Positions 8,106-17,828 of a stretch of DNA of 24,444 nucleotides are shown here, piece after piece. The stretch is from a bacterium (lineage in GTDB: Bacteria; Hydrothermota; 32-111). Position 1 is the stretch's first letter. Every line of letters begins with the position of its first letter. The translations under genes and the position numbers were made by a program. The notes below the pieces were generated by a model. The model saw only the letters and a list, made by a program, of their open reading frames with translations, was not told the origin of the DNA and ran no database searches. The stretch lies in NCBI GenBank assembly GCA_046484245.1, contig JAWOBN010000074.1, positions 1 through 24,444 of the forward strand. The letters run 5' to 3'.

Positions 8106-8903
8106 TCACTCCTCTGTTACTGTTATTTGTTCTAATACACTGTCCGGTTTTAAATAGTAGATGCCGGGCAGCATTTTTGTCTCTATTATACTATTTTTAT
8201 TCTCCAGTCTGTCAATAAGCACAGTGTCCGCTGAATATACATTGACAAAATCAATGGACTGGGGCAGCCCGGCCTGCCTGTAATCTATCAGTGAATCACC
8301 TGCAAATTGTATGCGCCTGCCCGTAAGTCCGGTATTGCCGGAATAATCACTGATTGAATCAATAAACAGGACAACCGGATATGTGCCCATTGTATCTCTA
8401 TAGTGTACATAAACCCTCTCACTTTTTGCCTCTGTTTCATAGGATATATAATCAGGCAGGACATCTAGTGAATAATCCCGGACCGGTTCTGACATTACAA
8501 GCAGTATCAGTGAGTCATTAAACGCAGTTCTGCTGATAGACGGCGGGATGCTGTCAACAAGGGGATTGCCGGATATTTCACCTGCTTCATCAATACTGTT
8601 TCCTGCAGGATCCGATAGACCGTATATCCTGAAACGGGTGGGTGTCTTTTTGTAATAGATGTATAATACATTATTTTCTATTGAATAATCCTCTGCCTTC
8701 CTGAATACACTGTCACCGAGGAGAACCGAATCAATGTTCCTGTCAATGGATTCATTGAATCTGAGCATTATCCTGCTGTTTGTTGTATATGATGCTGAAA
8801 CAAATTTCGGTGCGAATATATCAGGGGACGGCGGCATTTCCTTTTTACCGCATCCTGCCATTATTATTATTATTGCTGTAATGAGAAGTATTGTCCGCTT
8901 CAC
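8106..8903 (-). CDS. Hypothetical lipoprotein with Ig-like (Big_5/SbsA-like) repeats
   Basis: Likely GTG start 8903 overlapping the upstream TGA (GTGA); lipobox MAGC; PD..AP...IMLRFNESID and repeated l.D..GN motifs. Confidence 0.7.
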   Translation of the reverse strand: MKRTILLITAIIIIMAGCGKKEMPPSPDIFAPKFVSASYTTNSRIMLRFNESIDRNIDSVLLGDSVFRKAEDYSIENNVLYIYYKKTPTRFRIYGLSDPAGNSIDEAGEISGNPLVDSIPPSISRTAFNDSLILLVMSEPVRDYSLDVLPDYISYETEAKSERVYVHYRDTMGTYPVVLFIDSISDYSGNTGLTGRRIQFAGDSLIDYRQAGLPQSIDFVNVYSADTVLIDRLENKNSIIETKMLPGIYYLKPDSVLEQITVTEE

Positions 8904-9511
8904 AGCATGCCTGCAATAAATTTGAATATTCCCGTGAATATCGGTGTCATAATGCCTGTCACAATAAGGATAAGGAGCGGGATCATCAGCAGTGAGCCCC
9001 ATTTGGCGTAAAACTGCCTCGCCCTGCCACTCAATGCAAAGAGAATGGGTTTTGAACCGTCAAGAGGCGGTATGGGCAGCATATTGAAGAGAAAGAGAAT
9101 GACATTAATGATAATAGCAAAGAAGAGCACTTCCCTGAAAATCCCAGATGCAAGTTCGCTCATAAAGAGGGTTTTGGCAATAATGAAAAATATCACAGCA
9201 AGCATAAAATTGGTCAATGGCCCTGCAAGTGATATCAGTATCATTGATCCGGGGCTTCTCAGTCTTTTGACATCCACCCTGACGGGTTTTGCCCACCCTA
9301 TGATTATGCCTGTATTGGATAGAAGGAGAAGCAGCGGCAGGAGCAGGGTTCCCCATATATCTATATGCGGAACAGGATTCAATGTGAGCCTCTCCGCATT
9401 CTGCTTAGAGTCATCCCCCAGTTTTCTTGCTGAAAGGGCATGTATAAATTCATGAATAACAACAGAGAACAGCAGAACAATATAGAATAGTATGTTTTTA
9501 AAAAGGATCAT
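8900..9511 (-). CDS. Site-2 protease (M50 family) membrane zinc metalloprotease
   Basis: HEFIH, NPVPHID, AGP.TN and FNMLPIPPLDG motifs; several transmembrane segments. Confidence 0.95.
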   Translation of the reverse strand: MILFKNILFYIVLLFSVVIHEFIHALSARKLGDDSKQNAERLTLNPVPHIDIWGTLLLPLLLLLSNTGIIIGWAKPVRVDVKRLRSPGSMILISLAGPLTNFMLAVIFFIIAKTLFMSELASGIFREVLFFAIIINVILFLFNMLPIPPLDGSKPILFALSGRARQFYAKWGSLLMIPLLILIVTGIMTPIFTGIFKFIAGML

Positions 9512-9894
9512 TTATCAGCCGGCTGCTCTTTACCCATGTCCTTGCTTATCTCTGCTTTGGGGTTGCTCATGGAGCATGTGCCGTCAAAAATAACACCTTC
9601 CTCAATAACGAGCAATTTACAGTTCAGGTCAACATCAACCTTGGCATTCTTCTGTAATTCTATCTTGTTCTTCACAACAATCTTGCCCTCTACCCTGCCT
9701 GCAATAACAGCATCCCTTGTCAGTATCTCGCCTTTTACCCTGCCCTTTCTTCCGACAGTGAGCTGCTCCGAGACCTGCATCTCGCCATTGACAGTGCCGT
9801 CAATCCTGATGGATCCCGGTACAATCATCTTGCCTTCAATTTCTGTTCCTTCACCTATTATATTGGTTATACCCGATGCATTCTTGTTTGCCAT
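9508..9894 (-). CDS. Bactofilin (polymer-forming cytoskeletal protein, CcmA/BacA family)
   Basis: IIGEGTEIEG...IRIDGTVNG...LTVG..G.VKG...I.G.VEG...LVIEEGVIFDGTC beta-helix pattern. Confidence 0.95.
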   Translation of the reverse strand: MANKNASGITNIIGEGTEIEGKMIVPGSIRIDGTVNGEMQVSEQLTVGRKGRVKGEILTRDAVIAGRVEGKIVVKNKIELQKNAKVDVDLNCKLLVIEEGVIFDGTCSMSNPKAEISKDMGKEQPADK

Positions 9895-9903
9895 AAATAC
9901 TCC

Positions 9904-10650
9904 TTACGGTAAGAATTTTCTTGGATTTACGAACATACTGTTCATCATTATCTCATAGTGCAGATGCGGTGCTGTTGACTCACCGGTATTCCCGACAAGC
10001 CCCACTATCTCGCCCTTCTTCACTGTCTGCTGATAATCAACAAAGACCTTGCTTAAATGCCCGAGGAAGATAATAGAATTATCTGCCTTTATTCTCACAT
10101 AATTGCCGAACACCTTGTCCCAGCCCACTGAGGATACTCTGCCCTTTACAGGGCTGACAACAGGCGACCCCTCAACAGCAGCAATATCTATTGCAGGATG
10201 CTGAGAGGAGAATTCCCTTGAAACAATGCCCTTAACAGGCCACATATCGGGATAAGCTGTTGACTGTTTCTTGACAGATTCAATGGAGACCATTGAATCA
10301 ATAATTATCTCATTGATATTCTCTTCATGGGATTCAATGATTCTATGCTGAATATCAATACCCAGAAGCTCCTTGAGTTTCTCTTCCCTTTCATAGAGAT
10401 ATCTTATGTCCTTCTTTATCTCATTGATCTTCGCCATTTCCCCTTCCAGTTCAATCACCCTCTTCTCATACACATTCTTCTGCATGGCATCCGAGTAGAT
10501 ATTGCCCAGATACACTGCCATGAAAACTATGCCTGCAATGAGCAGTATGAAAAAAACAATGATTGCCCTGAAGAGATACACATTGACATCAAACTGTTTC
10601 TTATGCTTGCCGTCCTGAGATATGAAGATAAGAGTGAAGAACCGTTTCAT
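9904..10650 (-). CDS. M23 family peptidoglycan endopeptidase with N-terminal TM and coiled coil
   Basis: WPVKG, HPAIDIA (HxxxD), GHL, GNTGESTAPHLHYE (HxH). Confidence 0.95.
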   Translation of the reverse strand: MKRFFTLIFISQDGKHKKQFDVNVYLFRAIIVFFILLIAGIVFMAVYLGNIYSDAMQKNVYEKRVIELEGEMAKINEIKKDIRYLYEREEKLKELLGIDIQHRIIESHEENINEIIIDSMVSIESVKKQSTAYPDMWPVKGIVSREFSSQHPAIDIAAVEGSPVVSPVKGRVSSVGWDKVFGNYVRIKADNSIIFLGHLSKVFVDYQQTVKKGEIVGLVGNTGESTAPHLHYEIMMNSMFVNPRKFLP

Positions 10651-11658
10651 TCAGAATCCTCTTTTCTTCAGATCATCCTTCAGTATTGCCTTGAGCAATT
10701 TGATGCCATTATTCACATCATCCATATCAATAACCTCTGATTTGGAATGTATGTACCTTGTGGGTATTGATACAACTCCGGACAGTATGCCCGATTTTGT
10801 CATGTGAATAGCATATGCATCTGTTGCCCCGCCTTCCAGTATCTCCATCTGATAGGGTATCTTGTTCTTGACTGCAATGCTCTTCATATAGTCAATGACC
10901 TGTCTCCTCACAACAATACCATTGTCCTTGACCTTGATGGTCGGCCCTTTGCCCAGATGCACATCCATTATATTGCAATTGGGTGTGTCGCCTGTTGCAG
11001 TGACATCCACAGCAATGCCCAGATCCGGGTCAATGGAGAATGCCGATGTCTTGGCTCCCCTCACACCAACCTCTTCCTGAACCGTGAATACATAGTATAT
11101 GTCATTGTTCGTTTTGAAATTGTCCTTTGCAAGCTCCAGGAGCATTGCGCATCCTATCCTGTCATCCATTGCCTTTGATGCCATTCTCCTGCCCATCTCG
11201 GAAAATGAGTGTTTGACAACAGCCAGATCACCCATTGAAACTATTTTCTCCGCCTCTTCCTTTGATGATGCGCCTATGTCTATGAACATCTTGCTTGTCG
11301 GGAGTATCTTCTTGTAGTGATAGTCCTTCTCCTCAATACCTATGACACCCTCTGCCCCATTGCTGAACACAACCCTGTTGTTGACAATATTGTGCGGGTA
11401 TATGCCGCCCACAACAGAGAATCTCACAAAACCGTCTTTGTCTATGTGTTTGACAATAAATCCTATCTCATCCATATGGGCTGCAAGCATTACCTTTCTG
11501 CCCTTGCCCGGTTTTCTCACAATGAGATTGCCCAGTGTGTCTGTCCTTACTTCAAGATGCTTGCTGCCCTTAAGGGCTTTCTTGATGTATTTAACAACAC
11601 CTTCCTCTGCTGAGGATGGTCCTGTAATTGCGGTTATCTCTTTTATTGTATTTTTCAT
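10651..11658 (-). CDS. M42 family aminopeptidase (TET/FrvX-like), copy 3
   Basis: AAHMDEIG, KAMDDR, VQEEVG, AVDVT, GATDA, RYIHS. Confidence 0.95.
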   Translation of the reverse strand: MKNTIKEITAITGPSSAEEGVVKYIKKALKGSKHLEVRTDTLGNLIVRKPGKGRKVMLAAHMDEIGFIVKHIDKDGFVRFSVVGGIYPHNIVNNRVVFSNGAEGVIGIEEKDYHYKKILPTSKMFIDIGASSKEEAEKIVSMGDLAVVKHSFSEMGRRMASKAMDDRIGCAMLLELAKDNFKTNNDIYYVFTVQEEVGVRGAKTSAFSIDPDLGIAVDVTATGDTPNCNIMDVHLGKGPTIKVKDNGIVVRRQVIDYMKSIAVKNKIPYQMEILEGGATDAYAIHMTKSGILSGVVSIPTRYIHSKSEVIDMDDVNNGIKLLKAILKDDLKKRGF

Positions 11659-11667
11659 TCTGCCCCC

Positions 11668-12675
11668 TTACTTTATTTCATTGATAAGATTATATGCAAG
11701 TTTCACCATACCCTTGAGGTCCCTGTAATCAGCAAAACTCACCGGTGAATGAATATATCTGCTTGCAACAGCCATTACTATGCTCTTTGCTCCACTGCCC
11801 TGAAGATGTATTACACCGGCATCAGTGCCGCCTATCATGGGCTGCTTGTACTGATACTTTATCTTCAGCCTGTCGGCAATTTTCTCTGTCTGTCTGCGCA
11901 GCTCTTTATCCGAGAATGCTGTCCTGTCTGAAATGGTCAGCACAACACCTTCTCCCATTTTGGGACTGTCGCCTATGTCGCGCTCCTGGGGGAAATCACC
12001 TGCTGAAGTGCCTTCCAGCACTATGCAGTAATCAGGCTGTATTGCACTGCCTGCTGCAGACGCGCCCCTCAGTCCGACTTCCTCCTGAACAGTGAAGACA
12101 GCATAGAGGTCATTGTTCAGCTTCTTCTTCAGTATCTCTATCAGGCCGTAGCATCCGAATCTGTCATCAAATGCCTTGCCCCTGAGAAGATTCCTCTTCT
12201 TGACAAATTCCGTGTCAAATGATATATAGTCGCCTACAGACGCGTATTTCTCCGCATCCTTCTTGTCCTTTGCGCCAATATCCACAAATATCTCCTTCCA
12301 CTGCGGGATATTCTTGTATCCTCCTCTTTGTGCATGCGGGGGTTTGTACGATATAATGCCCGGCAATTCATCTTTGCCCACCTTTACTCTCTTGGACAGC
12401 ACGACCCTCCGGTCTATACCGCCTGCAGGCAGTATGCTGAGAAATCCGTCTTTATTGATGCTCTTCACCATGAATCCCACTTCATCCATATGGGCTGCTG
12501 CCATGATCTTCTTTGCTGACCGCTTCTTGTTATGAGCCTTTTTAAATGCAATAACATTGCCCAGCTTATCAATACTGATGGAGTCACAGTGCGGCTTCAC
12601 TGCATCAATTATAATATCTCTGATATTCCCTTCATTCCCGGAAACACCTGATGCGTCACATAATTTTTTCAGCAT
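11668..12675 (-). CDS. M42 family aminopeptidase, copy 2
   Basis: GVSGNE, AAHMDEVG, KAFDDR, VQEEVG, VLEGT, GGTDAG, RYIHSP. Confidence 0.95.
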   Translation of the reverse strand: MLKKLCDASGVSGNEGNIRDIIIDAVKPHCDSISIDKLGNVIAFKKAHNKKRSAKKIMAAAHMDEVGFMVKSINKDGFLSILPAGGIDRRVVLSKRVKVGKDELPGIISYKPPHAQRGGYKNIPQWKEIFVDIGAKDKKDAEKYASVGDYISFDTEFVKKRNLLRGKAFDDRFGCYGLIEILKKKLNNDLYAVFTVQEEVGLRGASAAGSAIQPDYCIVLEGTSAGDFPQERDIGDSPKMGEGVVLTISDRTAFSDKELRRQTEKIADRLKIKYQYKQPMIGGTDAGVIHLQGSGAKSIVMAVASRYIHSPVSFADYRDLKGMVKLAYNLINEIK

Positions 12676-12684
12676 TTTATTCCC

Positions 12685-13713
12685 CTATTTTATAATTTCC
12701 GTGTCAAATTTAACTATGTCAATATCCTTGATAATATCCGCAAGAAAATCCGCTGCCTTCTCCATGTTCTTCAAATTGACAATTTCCACAGGTGAATGCA
12801 TATTTCTCACAGGTATGGATATAAGCTGTGTGGCAGTTCCGCCCCTTGCAATCTGAACTGCACCTGTATCTGTGCCTGATGCCCTGGGCAGGGGTTCTAT
12901 GGAATACTTTATGCCTGATGCATCTGCCTGCTTCTTGACATATTCAAAGAGCTTGCCGCTTATATGCGCACCCTTGCCGATTGCAATTTCATTCATGTCA
13001 TTGCCATTCTCCACACCGGGCTGACCGGCAACAGTAACATCCAGCACAAATGCAATATCAGGGTGTATGTCATATGACGATGTCGTGGCGCCCATGAATG
13101 TTGTTTCCTCCTGCGCATTGAGCACAACGTAGATATCAGGCAGATCCTTGACCCTTGTCAGCTTCTGCATTGCTTTTATTATCACACTGGCGCATGCCCT
13201 GTTGTCTGTTGCCTTTGTGGCAATATTGTCATTCTTCAGCTCAGTGTACTTGTGTTTTATTATTATCCTGTCCCCGACAGATATGTTCTTTGTCACTGTT
13301 TCCTCATTCATCCCTGTGTCAATATAGAGATCCTTGAAACCGAGCATCTTGTCATACTCATCCTTCTCCATGTAATGAGGCGGCTTGCATCCGATTATAC
13401 CGTCATACCGGTTTTTGCCGAATATGGTCACCTCCTGTCCGAGGAGGATTTTTTCATCATAACCCCCGATACTGCCGAACCTTATGTATCCATCCTCTAT
13501 CTTTTTCACAATGAGCCCTATCTCGTCAATATGAGCCGACATCCAGACAATACCCTTTTTGCTGCCCTTCTTGAGGATTCTGATACTGCCCATTTTGTCG
13601 CAATCTATTGATACATTATAATCCTCAAATATTGCCTTCACTGTTTCCAGGGTATCATCACCTGATCCGGAGATGCCCACAGCTGAAGTCATCTTGTTTA
13701 ACAATTCCTTCAT
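12685..13713 (-). CDS. M42 family aminopeptidase, copy 1
   Basis: SAHIDEIG, KATDNR, AQEET, VLDVT, SGTDT, RNMHSPVE. Confidence 0.93.
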   Translation of the reverse strand: MKELLNKMTSAVGISGSGDDTLETVKAIFEDYNVSIDCDKMGSIRILKKGSKKGIVWMSAHIDEIGLIVKKIEDGYIRFGSIGGYDEKILLGQEVTIFGKNRYDGIIGCKPPHYMEKDEYDKMLGFKDLYIDTGMNEETVTKNISVGDRIIIKHKYTELKNDNIATKATDNRACASVIIKAMQKLTRVKDLPDIYVVLNAQEETTFMGATTSSYDIHPDIAFVLDVTVAGQPGVENGNDMNEIAIGKGAHISGKLFEYVKKQADASGIKYSIEPLPRASGTDTGAVQIARGGTATQLISIPVRNMHSPVEIVNLKNMEKAADFLADIIKDIDIVKFDTEIIK

Positions 13714-13715
13714 AT

Positions 13716-14552
13716 CTACTCCTCTATATTTATATTGAGATTATCCAGTAATTCATTGAAGTCATCATCAGAATAAAATTCAAATTTAATACTGCCCCTG
13801 CCCCCTGAGTAGCGGACAATCACCTTTCTGTCAAGAATGCGCGACATCCTCTCCTCAAGGTCCTTGATATGCTTGTCCTTTGCATGCTTCTTCCCCTTCT
13901 TTTTCCCGGGGGATGCAGTTGCCAGTGCCTCAAGGTCCCGGACAGAGAGATTATGCCCGGCAGTATAGTCAGCCAGATACTTTCTCCTGTTCTTGCTCTT
14001 TACAGAGAGCAGCACCTTGCCGTGCCCTACACTGAGAACACCGGACTGTATCTTCCTGAGAATGGGTGATGAGAGTTCCAGTATCCTTATGAGATTGGAT
14101 ATATGGGCTCTTGATTTGCCCACTGTTTCACCTATTGCCTTATGCGTCATATCAAATTTTTCCATCAGCTCCCTGTAGCCCTCTGCTTCCTCAACAGGAT
14201 TGAGATTGGATCTCTGCACATTCTCAATTATTGCAATCTGAAGCATATGCGAGTCATCTATATCCCTCACAACTGCAGGCACATCCTTGAGACCGGCCAT
14301 TTCCGATGCGCGGCAGCGCCTCTCTCCTGCAATGATCTCATAATTGTCACCCTTGCGCCTGAGCAGCACAGGCTGGAGCACGCCATTCTTCTCAATGGAT
14401 TCGGCAAGCTCCTTCAATGCATCTTCATCAAAATCCCTGCGCGGCTGAAACGGATTGGGTTTTATCCTCTTCAGGTCAACCTGATAGACCTCTTTCCTGT
14501 CATAATCATTGATCAGGGATTTGAGGCCCCTCCCCAGTGCTTTACGAGCCAT
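13716..14552 (-). CDS. parB: Chromosome partitioning protein ParB/Spo0J
   Basis: ALGRGL N-terminal peptide, [25 protein letters not shown] (CTP-binding box), [26 protein letters not shown]. Confidence 0.97.
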   Translation of the reverse strand: MARKALGRGLKSLINDYDRKEVYQVDLKRIKPNPFQPRRDFDEDALKELAESIEKNGVLQPVLLRRKGDNYEIIAGERRCRASEMAGLKDVPAVVRDIDDSHMLQIAIIENVQRSNLNPVEEAEGYRELMEKFDMTHKAIGETVGKSRAHISNLIRILELSSPILRKIQSGVLSVGHGKVLLSVKSKNRRKYLADYTAGHNLSVRDLEALATASPGKKKGKKHAKDKHIKDLEERMSRILDRKVIVRYSGGRGSIKFEFYSDDDFNELLDNLNINIEE

Positions 14553-15306
14553 CTATTATCTCCTCTGCAAGTGATATATATGCACTTGCTCCTGTTGAAT
14601 TAATATCATAGAGAATAATGGGTTTGCCGAATGACGGGGATTCCGCCAGACGGACATTGCGCGGTATATATGTCTTGTAAACCTTGTCCTTGAAATAATC
14701 CAATGCCTCATCCACCACCTGTTTGGAGAGATTGAGCCTCTGGTCATACATTGTAATGAGCACACCCTCAACAGTGAGTCCCGGATTGAGACCGCGCTGA
14801 ATCATATTGACTGTATTGAGCAATTTGCCCAAACCCTCAATTGCATAGTATTCCGACTGCAGGGGTATGAGAACAGAGCGCGCTGCAACAAGTGCATTGA
14901 CAGTGAGCAGCTGCAGGGACGGCGGACAGTCAATCAATACATATTCATACTGTGACTCCAGCTTCTCCATTTTCTCCTTGAGGAGATACTCCCTTCCCGG
15001 TGTATTGACCAGCTCAACATCCACTGCAGCAAGGGATATGTCTGACGGGAGGAGGTCCATATACTGCATTTCCGTACTGACCACAGCCTCCTCAATACTC
15101 ACCTTGTCTGCAAATACATCATATATGGATTTACCGAGGAAATTCTTTTCATAATAGCCCAGGGAACTTGTTGCATTTGCCTGCGGGTCCATATCAATGA
15201 GCAGCACCTTCTTCTCTGCTGCAGACAGGGCTGCCCCGAGATTGACAGCTGTTGTTGTCTTGCCGACACCGCCCTTTTGATTGGCTATTGCAATTATCTT
15301 ATTCAT
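14542..15306 (-). CDS. parA: Chromosome partitioning ATPase ParA/Soj
   Basis: [39 protein letters not shown]. Start reassigned to ATG 15306 (MNKIIAIA). Confidence 0.97.
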   Translation of the reverse strand: MNKIIAIANQKGGVGKTTTAVNLGAALSAAEKKVLLIDMDPQANATSSLGYYEKNFLGKSIYDVFADKVSIEEAVVSTEMQYMDLLPSDISLAAVDVELVNTPGREYLLKEKMEKLESQYEYVLIDCPPSLQLLTVNALVAARSVLIPLQSEYYAIEGLGKLLNTVNMIQRGLNPGLTVEGVLITMYDQRLNLSKQVVDEALDYFKDKVYKTYIPRNVRLAESPSFGKPIILYDINSTGASAYISLAEEIIDGS

Positions 15307-15314
15307 AGTGATAT

Positions 15315-15342
15315 ATAATACCATAATGCAAATGATTTTCAA
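15315..15342 (-). promoter_or_regulatory. Putative parA promoter (near-leaderless)
   Basis: TTGAAA (15342-15337), 16 bp, TGg+TATTAT (15320-15315), 8 nt, ATG. Confidence 0.6.
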
Positions 15343-15373
15343 GAGCATCCTTGCTCTTTACGGGAAAGCCGTA

Positions 15374-15389
15374 TGTTCCACGTGGAACA
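15374..15389. promoter_or_regulatory. parS: parS centromere site 1
   Basis: Perfect palindrome TGTTCCACGTGGAACA matching the chromosomal parS consensus. Confidence 0.95.
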
Positions 15390-15391
15390 CT

Positions 15392-15940
15392 CTACCGGGA
15401 TGTTCCACGTGGAACATGCAGTTCAATACTGTCCTTTTGGTATATGCCTATTGTGCCGGAAAACCCCCTTCCTGCATATTCCCGGACTGTGTCAATACTG
15501 CCGAATGCCCTTGCCAGTATAATGTCTGTATCCGAGAAATCATACTTTGCAGCTGACCTGTCAAATACTGCTGTGTTTGAGAGGGAGAGCTTGAAGCATG
15601 CCTGTTTTAGGAAGGATGCCTTCATTCTCCTGTTTTCAATCAGTGTCACCTGTTTGTCCGGGAAGAAGAGTGCTACTATTATGCCGGGGAATCCATTGCC
15701 TGAACCAATATCGGCAATACTGCTGTATTTTGCGTGATCAATGGACAAAAATCCTGATATGGAATCCATTACATGCCTGGAAACAATGCTGCCTCTATCA
15801 CTATCCGATATAAGCGGCACAACACGGTTCCACTTGATCAGTTCTTCTGTGAATATCTCAATTTTCTCAATTATTTCATTATTATGGGGAATCTGCCTCT
15901 CGCTGAGATACTCACGTGCAACAGCGCCTATTTCGCCCAC
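15392..15940 (-). CDS. rsmG: 16S rRNA m7G527 methyltransferase RsmG/GidB (short C-terminus)
   Basis: LIKWN...LIS, RHVMDS, DIGSGNGFPGI (SAM motif), E...KASFL, ARAF; directly upstream of parA. Confidence 0.9.
   Translation of the reverse strand: MGEIGAVAREYLSERQIPHNNEIIEKIEIFTEELIKWNRVVPLISDSDRGSIVSRHVMDSISGFLSIDHAKYSSIADIGSGNGFPGIIVALFFPDKQVTLIENRRMKASFLKQACFKLSLSNTAVFDRSAAKYDFSDTDIILARAFGSIDTVREYAGRGFSGTIGIYQKDSIELHVPRGTSR
15401..15416. promoter_or_regulatory. parS: parS centromere site 2 (inside rsmG 3' end)
   Basis: Identical TGTTCCACGTGGAACA; extends to an 18-bp palindrome at 15400-15417. Confidence 0.95.
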
Positions 15941-16236
15941 TGCTCCTTCTCCCTCCTGAATGCATTGATCTCCGCATCAATATATGCATCAATTACAGAG
16001 AATGCCTTTACGCCTGCCAGCATGTATATATAATCCGTTCTTTTCTCAGTGTCTTTAACAGCCAAGTAAATGAGAAAACCCTCCACAAGAGCCAGCGCAC
16101 CGCTCTTTACATACTGCCTGTTTATGATCTGCCCGCCTCCCGGCACAACAGCCGATACAGCGGGTGCTGTCCATATACAGGATGTTTCAGTCAAAATCAA
16201 CAGTATGCTTGTCAACAGCAATAATCTTATTCTCAT
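15928..16236 (-). CDS. DUF5683-like small membrane protein
   Basis: SAVVPGGGQIINRQYVK and C-terminal VIDAYIDA resemble the S...PG.GQ.YN..Y.K / DAY.DA signature. Confidence 0.7.
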   Translation of the reverse strand: MRIRLLLLTSILLILTETSCIWTAPAVSAVVPGGGQIINRQYVKSGALALVEGFLIYLAVKDTEKRTDYIYMLAGVKAFSVIDAYIDAEINAFRREKEQWAK

Positions 16237-17107
16237 TATCTGATTCCTTTGAGTATTGTATTATCAGTTGAGTGAAGCGCTTCCTGTCACCCTCAGAGGG
16301 GCTGCCGAGCAGCACTCCTGCAGGACCCTTCAAATGGTCTACCATCCACACTTTACTGTCCGGATATCTGTCAATAATCAATGTGTTCTCCTCCCTGTCT
16401 CTGCCGAGCAGTGCAATGGACTGCTCCAGTTCAATTACCCTGCAGTTTTTTACTGCAAGGGCATTCCGCCTTGTCAGGAGACCGTGTTTTATGAGGAGTC
16501 TGAACTTCTCCGCACTGCCTCTATATGTGAGCAGGCATCCGCCTCCGGGATTCTGATAATCCGCTATACCGAACCTGTCTGCCAGTGACATCTGCCTCTT
16601 CCGCCCCCTGCCCTGGATATCCAGCAGTTTTCCCCTGTCAACAAGACCGGATGTCTCCATCTGTGTGGGTTCCATCAGTTTTGCACTGAGCGGCCTCAGT
16701 ATTTTTTCAGGCCTCTTGATGAGTTTATTCATTGCATTGAATGCAGACCTGTTCTGTGACATGGGTCTCTGCCCTATAACCTCGCCTGTTGCTACAAAAT
16801 CAGCACCCGTTATATTCATTATCTCCAGGCCCGTGTTTATCATGAAACCATGACAATCAATACATGGATTGAGGTTTTTACCGTATCCGTATCTGGGGTC
16901 TGTCAGAATATCCCTGTATGCGTCATACACATCATAGATCTCAAGGGGCACATTGTTCTTTTCAGCTGCCTCTATTGCTCTGGCGGGCGGGAAGAACGGT
17001 GTCTCCATATAAACAGGCACAATGCTGTTTACAGAAGCCCCCTTCAGCACATGATACGCTATAAGGCTGTCCAGGCCTCCGGAGAAGAGCAGTATGCATT
17101 TACTCAT
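16187..17107 (-). CDS. PP-loop tRNA thiolase-like enzyme (ThiI/MnmA-like, no THUMP domain) with possible C-terminal NFACT-R/DUF814-like domain
   Basis: SGGLDS PP-loop, GYGKNLNPCIDCH, TGEVIGQRPMSQ, LRPLSAK, PGGGCLLT; C-terminal LGRDREEN...KGPAG. Confidence 0.8.
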   Translation of the reverse strand: MSKCILLFSGGLDSLIAYHVLKGASVNSIVPVYMETPFFPPARAIEAAEKNNVPLEIYDVYDAYRDILTDPRYGYGKNLNPCIDCHGFMINTGLEIMNITGADFVATGEVIGQRPMSQNRSAFNAMNKLIKRPEKILRPLSAKLMEPTQMETSGLVDRGKLLDIQGRGRKRQMSLADRFGIADYQNPGGGCLLTYRGSAEKFRLLIKHGLLTRRNALAVKNCRVIELEQSIALLGRDREENTLIIDRYPDSKVWMVDHLKGPAGVLLGSPSEGDRKRFTQLIIQYSKESDNENKIIAVDKHTVDFD

Positions 17108-17819
17108 TGGTTTGGAGCGTATCTTCCCCGGATTCTGCTGCAGCAGAATCCTCTTCTGCAGTACTCCCGGGAATATCAGCTATCTGCGGCTCTGCGTATT
17201 TGACGAATATCTCTATGCGGCGGTTCTTCCTCCTGCCCTCCTGCGTGCTGTTGTCTGCAATGGGGCGTGTCTGGCCGTATGCAACTGCAGAGAGCCTGTC
17301 CGGGGACATACCCGCAGAGTCCTGGAGGAATTTCACAACATTGATTGAACGGAGTGCTGACAATTCCCAGTTTGTGGGTATTGTCTTCTTCAGTGAGGGG
17401 CCTATTTCTTCATTATCCGTGTGGCCCTCCACAATGATCTCTGTATTGTCTATTCTGGCAAGTATTTCTGCTGTTTTTCTTATCAGCCCCCTGCCCCCTT
17501 TATTGAGCTGGAATGACCCGGGGTCAAAGAGATTGCCCACAGGCAGTGTCAGTCGCACACCGGATATATTCTTCTGTATAACCCTCTCTGTCTGCGTATC
17601 CTGGAATTTGTCTATTATTGTATCGCCTATTACACTGTCTGAAGCAGGTGCTTCCATTTCACTGCGCAAATCAGAGAGGTATGAAGCAAGGGTCTTGTTC
17701 TCATCAATCAATTCACTGTATTTCTCTATTGCCGGCTTGTATTCCTCCTGATAATAATAATATGCCACCAGACCGCCTACAATTATCACTGATATGAGAA
17801 ATATGACTAAAAACCTCAT
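17100..17819 (-). CDS. OmpA/MotB-type peptidoglycan-binding membrane protein
   Basis: N-terminal TM and coiled coil; LFDPGS, VEGHTD, NWELSALRS, YGQTRP, KNRRIEI. Confidence 0.9.
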   Translation of the reverse strand: MRFLVIFLISVIIVGGLVAYYYYQEEYKPAIEKYSELIDENKTLASYLSDLRSEMEAPASDSVIGDTIIDKFQDTQTERVIQKNISGVRLTLPVGNLFDPGSFQLNKGGRGLIRKTAEILARIDNTEIIVEGHTDNEEIGPSLKKTIPTNWELSALRSINVVKFLQDSAGMSPDRLSAVAYGQTRPIADNSTQEGRRKNRRIEIFVKYAEPQIADIPGSTAEEDSAAAESGEDTLQTNE

Positions 17820-17828
17820 TGGGCCTCC

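Noticed and set aside
15374..15416. Two identical 16-mers as a possible mini-CRISPR
   Set aside because: Only two units with an 11-bp spacer, no cas genes, and an exact match to parS.
15908..15923. ATACTCACGTGCAACA as a third parS
   Set aside because: Only the right half matches; there are four mismatches in the left arm.
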